Below are positions 57,358 to 62,467 of a stretch of DNA of 62,467 nucleotides, piece by piece; position 1 is the stretch's first letter; every line of letters starts with the position of its first letter. The position numbers were made by a program, and so were the translations under genes. This DNA is from a virus (taxonomy: Duplodnaviria > Caudoviricetes), in IMG/VR virus record IMGVR_UViG_3300045115_000277, positions 1-62,467 of that record. One strand, 5' to 3'. Under the pieces are notes generated by a model, which was not told the DNA's origin, did not search any database, and saw only the letters and a list, made by a program, of their open reading frames with translations.

Positions 57358-58148
57358 GCGCGCTTGCCCCCGATGATCTGGCCCAGCGTGATCGGCGCGG
57401 CTTCCTTCGGGTGCTGCTGGCCTCGGTTGAACGGCTGGAGCCGATGTGCGGGAAAACGCTTCGCCTTTCCCGCCGCCAGACCGTCCCAAAGGCGGACGAG
57501 ACCGCCCTTTCCTTTCAGGCTGTGTTCCTGGCCCGGGTTGGGGTGGGTCGACCAGCTATCGAACACCGCGCCCTCATATTCGGGGATCGCTGCGACATTG
57601 ATCGTCTTGGGCTTGGGGATGTTGCCCCAGCACAGTGTCCCATTGGCGAAGACGTTGAGGATCGGCGAGCACAGCAGCGCCGTTTCGGCCGTGGGCCGCT
57701 CGTTCTTCGCCAGCGCATAGACGCCGAGCGTGCGCCGCGTGGTGACCAGCACATGCGCGGGATAGGGCACGCGCACCGACGTCCGCTCTGCCAGCGCCTT
57801 CAAGCCCTCCGGCGGCCGGGAGATGGCAAAGTAGGCGGTTCGGCTATGCTCAGGCACCCACCATGCGAGCATGTCGGGATGCGCCACCAGCACGTTTGCC
57901 GGCAGGATTTCCGGCGCGGCCGCCTTGCCCAGTGCTTCGGTCCATTGGCGCAGATGTGCGCGCGTGAGCGGCGTGCCGGCGCCGATCAGCGGCTTGCCAT
58001 CCAGCTGCTCGACATCGTGCATACTGGCGAACGACGCCTGCTCGCCGTAGCGAATGCCTTTCGTCCGGTAGAGGAGGATGGCGTTGCTGAGGGCGAGACC
58101 GCCCTGCGTCGCCTCGAACACAGTCGAATGGGCCATGGTCTTGCTCAC
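57354..58148 (-). CDS. PRTRC system protein B (E2-like)
   Basis: LAWWVP...PILNVFANGTLCWGN...FDSWSTHPN. Confidence 0.85.
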   Translation of the reverse strand: MSKTMAHSTVFEATQGGLALSNAILLYRTKGIRYGEQASFASMHDVEQLDGKPLIGAGTPLTRAHLRQWTEALGKAAAPEILPANVLVAHPDMLAWWVPEHSRTAYFAISRPPEGLKALAERTSVRVPYPAHVLVTTRRTLGVYALAKNERPTAETALLCSPILNVFANGTLCWGNIPKPKTINVAAIPEYEGAVFDSWSTHPNPGQEHSLKGKGGLVRLWDGLAAGKAKRFPAHRLQPFNRGQQHPKEAAPITLGQIIGGKRA

Positions 58149-59257
58149 GATTTGGAGGGAAAAAGGTCGATCAGCGCCTGGGCGGCGATCAGCATGTCGA
58201 CGCCGGCGCGCAACGAGGCGAACCAGTCATCGATGAGGCCGGGATTGATTAGCGGGCAGATGCCCGCCGTGTCGTGAAACGACGTCTGCATCGCGTGCTC
58301 GCACACGTAATCGAGCTCGCGCTGGAAATGGTCAAAGGGCACGAGCGTGAGCGGCGGGGTATGCGAGGATTCCTCGTAGGCGAACACATAGTTGTGGCAG
58401 AGATCGGAGTCGTAATTCCACGCGCTGCCGGGGCTATCCAGGCTCCGCACGGCATCGGCGGCCTTGCGGACGCGGCGGATGGCGTCGGCAAGTTCGTCCG
58501 GCAGGTGCTTGAGGGGACTGGCGTTCTCCGCGAGCATCCATTCCGGCCGTCGATCGCGCATCATCGACGGCAAGCTGTATTCGGTTTCGAGGTCTTCGGC
58601 CGTCGCGCCGTGCCAGTCCATAAGCGCCTGCCGCGCGCCTTCGTCAGTGGTTTCCCCGTCCCAGTACATCGATGACATGTCCTCGAAGAGCTCCTCAAAT
58701 CCGAAGATTGGCAGCACCGCCGGCAGCGCCCCGCACAGCTCCTTGTAGGCCGCCGCCTGCCAGCCGACCGGCGCGACCGGCCCGAACAGCGTGTTTGACA
58801 GGACATTGCTCTTCTCGATCCATCCAAGGTCGATCTGGCCAATGCTGTCGCAGATGATGACGATAGCCGGGTCGAGCCCGCCTTCGCAGATCATCACGGC
58901 CACGCGCAGATTGGCGATGTCGACCGGCCGGAGGATTTCCAGCACGGCGGCGTCGAACAGCTGCTCGATCCGCTGCCGCGCCTCGTATCGGCTGTAGAGC
59001 CGGTCCGCCTTTTCCCGCCCGGCCGCCCAGCGCCCGATGATCCGGTGGTGCGCCGCCAGCGGCGTGTCGAACAGGACCGGCACATCGGGGTGGAGCCCGA
59101 CCGTGCGGCCGGCCAGGTCAGCCGAGGGGAGCCAGGCGCAGGCCGGGAGGCGGCTGGAGCGGTTCCGAGCGGCCGTCCGGGAAAGTGACAACGCGCGCGT
59201 GGAAGGGGGCAAGACCGGGGGCACAGAGCGGCTCGGAATTTGCGGGAGTGTCATCAT
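58145..59257 (-). CDS. PRTRC system protein F
   Basis: Position between C and B; size; start uncertain. Confidence 0.65.
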   Translation of the reverse strand: MMTLPQIPSRSVPPVLPPSTRALSLSRTAARNRSSRLPACAWLPSADLAGRTVGLHPDVPVLFDTPLAAHHRIIGRWAAGREKADRLYSRYEARQRIEQLFDAAVLEILRPVDIANLRVAVMICEGGLDPAIVIICDSIGQIDLGWIEKSNVLSNTLFGPVAPVGWQAAAYKELCGALPAVLPIFGFEELFEDMSSMYWDGETTDEGARQALMDWHGATAEDLETEYSLPSMMRDRRPEWMLAENASPLKHLPDELADAIRRVRKAADAVRSLDSPGSAWNYDSDLCHNYVFAYEESSHTPPLTLVPFDHFQRELDYVCEHAMQTSFHDTAGICPLINPGLIDDWFASLRAGVDMLIAAQALIDLFPSKS

Positions 59258-59324
59258 CTTCGTCGATCCATTCGAGGAGCGTCTTACGGGCGACCGGCGG
59301 GATGGCGGCTTTCGTGCCAGCCAC
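59118..59324 (-). CDS. Small ORF between PRTRC C and F (overlaps F)
   Basis: GTG 2 nt after the C stop; 68 aa. Confidence 0.4.
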   Translation of the reverse strand: MAGTKAAIPPVARKTLLEWIDEDDDTPANSEPLCAPGLAPFHARVVTFPDGRSEPLQPPPGLRLAPLG

Positions 59325-59326
59325 GA

Positions 59327-59533
59327 TCAGCCCTTGGTGCCGACGGCGCGCCGGTACTCGGTTACGTGGACGTTGTTCGTCACGCCTGCGTCGAACATCT
59401 CGGCGTTGAGGATCGCCGGGTACAGGGTGGCGTGATAGGCGCGCAGCGCCTGCGGATCGTCGGCGATGTGCGGCGGGACCGGAAGGTCGATCCCGTCATA
59501 GCGATAGGCGCGGGTCAGGTGGGTGATTTGCAT
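59327..59533 (-). CDS. PRTRC system protein C (ubiquitin-like)
   Basis: LTRAYRYDGIDL...YPAILNA...YRRAVGTKG C-terminus. Confidence 0.9.
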   Translation of the reverse strand: MQITHLTRAYRYDGIDLPVPPHIADDPQALRAYHATLYPAILNAEMFDAGVTNNVHVTEYRRAVGTKG

Positions 59534-59572
59534 GAGTGCCTCCCGGCGTAGGTGTTCAAAGAGGGGCTGGGA

Positions 59573-59989
59573 TCATTCCCAGAGGCTGACGGGCTCGCCC
59601 GGTGCGGGCTCTGTGGCCGGTGGCGCGGCGGGTTCGGGCGCTGGGGCGGCGGCCTTCTTGGCAGGCTCGGCCGGTTTCGCCTTCGGCTTGGCGGCCGTCT
59701 TCGCCGTCTCGGCCGCCGCCTGCTGCTCCGCGATCTGGTCGGCCAGCGACTTGCGAGCGACGATGAGCTGGCCCAGCGCGCCGTCCGCGCCCTTCGCCAG
59801 CTCCTCGTCAATCTCGACGGCGGTGGCGGTGATGGAAATCGGTCGGATTTCGCCCGCCTCCGCCTTGGCCTTGCTGCCCTCCGCCTTGCGCGGGATGATC
59901 GTGAGCGTGACGGTCTGGTCCGGTCCGGCCGCAAGGTCGAAGCCCAGAGAATAGCGCGAGAGCAGCGGCAATAGGTTGGTGATGAGCAT
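59573..59989 (-). CDS. PRTRC system protein E
   Basis: VTLTIIP...PISITATAVEIDEEL...SLADQI; A/K/P-rich tail. Confidence 0.8.
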   Translation of the reverse strand: MLITNLLPLLSRYSLGFDLAAGPDQTVTLTIIPRKAEGSKAKAEAGEIRPISITATAVEIDEELAKGADGALGQLIVARKSLADQIAEQQAAAETAKTAAKPKAKPAEPAKKAAAPAPEPAAPPATEPAPGEPVSLWE

Positions 59990-59994
59990 GGGCG

Positions 59995-61341
59995 TCAATC
60001 CTTTTCGGGGTGGGCGTGGTGGACGCCAAGGCCGGCGCCTGCGGGCGGCGGGCTGTATCTGCCGTCCAGCGTCATCGCGCTCGGCAAACGGCCGGCCCAG
60101 CTGAACCCGGTCGCGTTCAGCATCCCGTCGATGAGCTTGGGGACCGGCGCATCCAGCAGCTTGGCGAACGGCTTCGCGCCCATATGATCGATGAGGCCGC
60201 ATTCCTTGGCGATGAACTTGAGCTCGTCCTTGCCGAACCGGGCCAGGAACGCCTTGTCCACCTGCCATGTGTCGCGCAGGACCGCGTCGAACGCCGCCGC
60301 GAACTCGGGATCGCCCTCCACCGCCTGGATCAGCGCCGCGCGCCACGCGGCCTCGCGAATGGCTGTCACGCGGGCGGCGATCGCTTCGGCCGTGACGGTC
60401 GCCTTCGGGGCGGCGGCGGGCGCGCTGGCCGGCTTGGCCTTTGCCGCTGGGGCGGGCGCGGGCGATGTCGAAGCCGCCTGCGTGTCGCCCTTCGCAGAAG
60501 TGGGTACTGTACCCACTTCCGGCGCTTGCGCGGCCGGAACGGGTTCGGACGGAGCCGCCGCAGGATCAGGCTTGGCTGGTGCAGCCGCCTCGCTCTTCAG
60601 CTTGAAGCATCCGGGGTTCGTGCAATTTCCGTCATCGACGTGCGTCTCGAACAGCGCCCGTTGAGAAGCCGAGTTGAACGGGCATGTCGTGCATTCGGTC
60701 TTGTCGAACGTCGCCGCGGCTAGGCTCTGCGTCATGCGCATCAGCACGTCGCGGGTCTTGTTCACGTCGAGCCCGTGCGACACGATCGTCTGCAACGCCT
60801 GGTCCTGCTTGTCAGTCGGGACGGCGGCGAGCAATTCAGCGTGCCCGACCTTGATGCGGCGTTCGTCCAGCGCGAGCTTTACGCCCTCCGACAGGCCGGC
60901 GAGCGCCAGGCGACGGTCAAGCTTCGCCGTGGACCAGCCCAGACGCTTCGCTGCCTCGCTCCGGTCGTTCTGGCAGGCGGCGAGCACGCGCACGGCGGCG
61001 TCTGCCTGCTCAGTTTCGGAAGCATCCTCGCGGATGTCGTTCTCGTCGATAGCGGCTTCCAGCGCCTCCTGATCCGTCATCTCCTTGATGATGACCGGCA
61101 CCTCGCCGTCTTCGCCGAACGCTTCCACAGCGGCACGGTAACGACGCTCGCCGGCGACGATCGCATAGTCGTCACCCTCCTTCGCGGGGCGGACGAGGAT
61201 CGGCTGGAGAACGCCGCGCAGACGCATGGAAGAGACGAGCTCGTCATGCTTGCTCTTGTCGAAATAGCGGCGCGGGTTCTCGCCGTGCCGGAGCCGCTTG
61301 AGGGGCAGCTTCGTGGCGTATTGCAAGATGGTGTCGGTCAT
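59995..61341 (-). CDS. PRTRC system ParB-family protein
   Basis: NPRRYFD...GVLQPILVRP...IVAGERRYRA...ENDIRED; CTTCPFNS. Confidence 0.9.
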   Translation of the reverse strand: MTDTILQYATKLPLKRLRHGENPRRYFDKSKHDELVSSMRLRGVLQPILVRPAKEGDDYAIVAGERRYRAAVEAFGEDGEVPVIIKEMTDQEALEAAIDENDIREDASETEQADAAVRVLAACQNDRSEAAKRLGWSTAKLDRRLALAGLSEGVKLALDERRIKVGHAELLAAVPTDKQDQALQTIVSHGLDVNKTRDVLMRMTQSLAAATFDKTECTTCPFNSASQRALFETHVDDGNCTNPGCFKLKSEAAAPAKPDPAAAPSEPVPAAQAPEVGTVPTSAKGDTQAASTSPAPAPAAKAKPASAPAAAPKATVTAEAIAARVTAIREAAWRAALIQAVEGDPEFAAAFDAVLRDTWQVDKAFLARFGKDELKFIAKECGLIDHMGAKPFAKLLDAPVPKLIDGMLNATGFSWAGRLPSAMTLDGRYSPPPAGAGLGVHHAHPEKD

Positions 61342-61351
61342 GGGATTTCCT

Positions 61352-62467
61352 TCATTCGCAGAGGCCGTAGCGGCTCGAGCATTTTGGCCCATCTTCCAGC
61401 CGCTCAATCTCATCCAAAGAGTTCAGCAGGTCGAAATTCCGCCCGCCGCGTGACGTTTTCGACCACTCCACCGCGCGATCGATGCGTGCCCGAACCTTGC
61501 CATTCTCATCGGGAGGCAGCTTGTCGGTCGGCAGGAAGCTCGAGATGAAGTCGTCTCTCTCGCCCATCGCGACTGACGTATTGGCGTGCCGGGCAACATT
61601 TCCGCAGTCCACTTCCCACTCGGCGATGCGTTCGATCACCTCTGGGAAGTGCAAAGCCGTCAGGCGCACCTCTTCCTTCTGCGCCATAATGCAGAAGCAT
61701 CCCACTCGGGACATACCAAGAAGATATAGAGGGTTCGGTTTCAAGCCGTGGCGCTTCGCGATCTCGAAGACTTGGGCGGCCTTCCATTGGTGGATCGGGC
61801 GATAGATAACAGCCGGGGCGCGCCAAGAGCATCGCACCACTTCCAGCATCGACTTTTTCGCGCGGGCCTTGCTCTCTTCAGCGCGCTCGCCAACCCATTC
61901 GACCACGGGAACCCCGCCCATACGGATCGGGCTTTTGATGAATTCCATCGGATCCAGCTTCAGCTCTTGCGTGCAGAAGCGGGTTTTTGAGCCAGGGAAC
62001 CGTCCGTGCAATTTCGCCATGTCGAGAAAGGGGTTTCCCGTAGGCGTCATGAACGAAATTGCTCGCTCGATGAGGTGTGCGGGAACAGGGGGGCTTATTT
62101 TGATCGGGCAGTCGCATTCCTCGCGGAGCGCGGCCTTCTCCGCGTAGCTGAGGTCATTCGCTTGCCGTTCGCGGCACGCTGTCGTGTGCTGCTTGCGGCG
62201 AAGCTCCTTTGGCCAGTCGCGAGCGATCGCCTCCCGGCGCGCAGCAAACCGATCGGTGAAATCGGCGCGGACCGTTTCGATCGTGATGCCCAAGGCGCGC
62301 GACAGATAGGCGACGTGCTCAAGCGTCACGTCGTGCTCATTGCCTGTGTCGGCAAACAAGAACCGCGGACGAAAATCCGGACGGCGAGACATGCGCTCCA
62401 CAGCGAGGCACGCGACGGCCGTGCTATCCTTGCCGCCGCTGATGCTGACGAAATGAACCGCGTTCAT
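61352..62467 (-). CDS. PAPS reductase-family protein
   Basis: SISGGKDSTA, FADTGNE, RFCTQELK, GERAEESKAR, NPLY...RVGC, CSSRYGLCE. Confidence 0.9.
   Translation of the reverse strand: MNAVHFVSISGGKDSTAVACLAVERMSRRPDFRPRFLFADTGNEHDVTLEHVAYLSRALGITIETVRADFTDRFAARREAIARDWPKELRRKQHTTACRERQANDLSYAEKAALREECDCPIKISPPVPAHLIERAISFMTPTGNPFLDMAKLHGRFPGSKTRFCTQELKLDPMEFIKSPIRMGGVPVVEWVGERAEESKARAKKSMLEVVRCSWRAPAVIYRPIHQWKAAQVFEIAKRHGLKPNPLYLLGMSRVGCFCIMAQKEEVRLTALHFPEVIERIAEWEVDCGNVARHANTSVAMGERDDFISSFLPTDKLPPDENGKVRARIDRAVEWSKTSRGGRNFDLLNSLDEIERLEDGPKCSSRYGLCE

Noticed and set aside
59530-59539. GCATGAGTGC partial match to the late box
   Set aside because: Antisense to PRTRC C (its CAT is that gene's start codon), lacks the 5' GC and has no sense transcript context; likely chance

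Overview
Almost the whole window is a high-GC temperate podovirus-type prophage. The host is probably an alphaproteobacterium (sphingomonad-like), judging by a GapR homolog and an alpha-type LexA box. Left to right: excisionase and leftward early genes (1-5.3 kb); a cI/cro switch with ACAA-N5-TTGT operators; DNA methyltransferase, GapR-FtsK-gamma fusion, nuclease and an iteron-containing replication initiator (6.9-10.7 kb); terminase, portal, scaffold and N4-gp56-like capsid; two tailspikes; ejection proteins; a ~4,700-aa DarB-like polyvalent protein; a lysis cassette (48-50.3 kb); a small LexA-boxed operon; an AT-richer polysaccharide island (50.9-55.9 kb); and a PRTRC ubiquitin-like conjugation cluster plus a PAPS-reductase-family gene (56-62.5 kb), which may belong to a second element. 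The main discovery is a candidate post-transcriptional late-gene switch. A 57-aa CsrA/RsmA-fold gene missing from the ORF track (16735-16908) sits just before the capsid gene. An 11-nt box, GCGCATGAGTG, recurs in sense orientation in the 5' leaders of five downstream late units (capsid, tailspike, GNAT/ejection operon, giant protein, lysis). The box resembles the CsrA site ACA-RGGA-UGU but with a UGAG loop. In each leader it can alternatively pair into a stem covering or abutting the ribosome-binding region. Family assignments come from motif recognition by eye; no searches were run.
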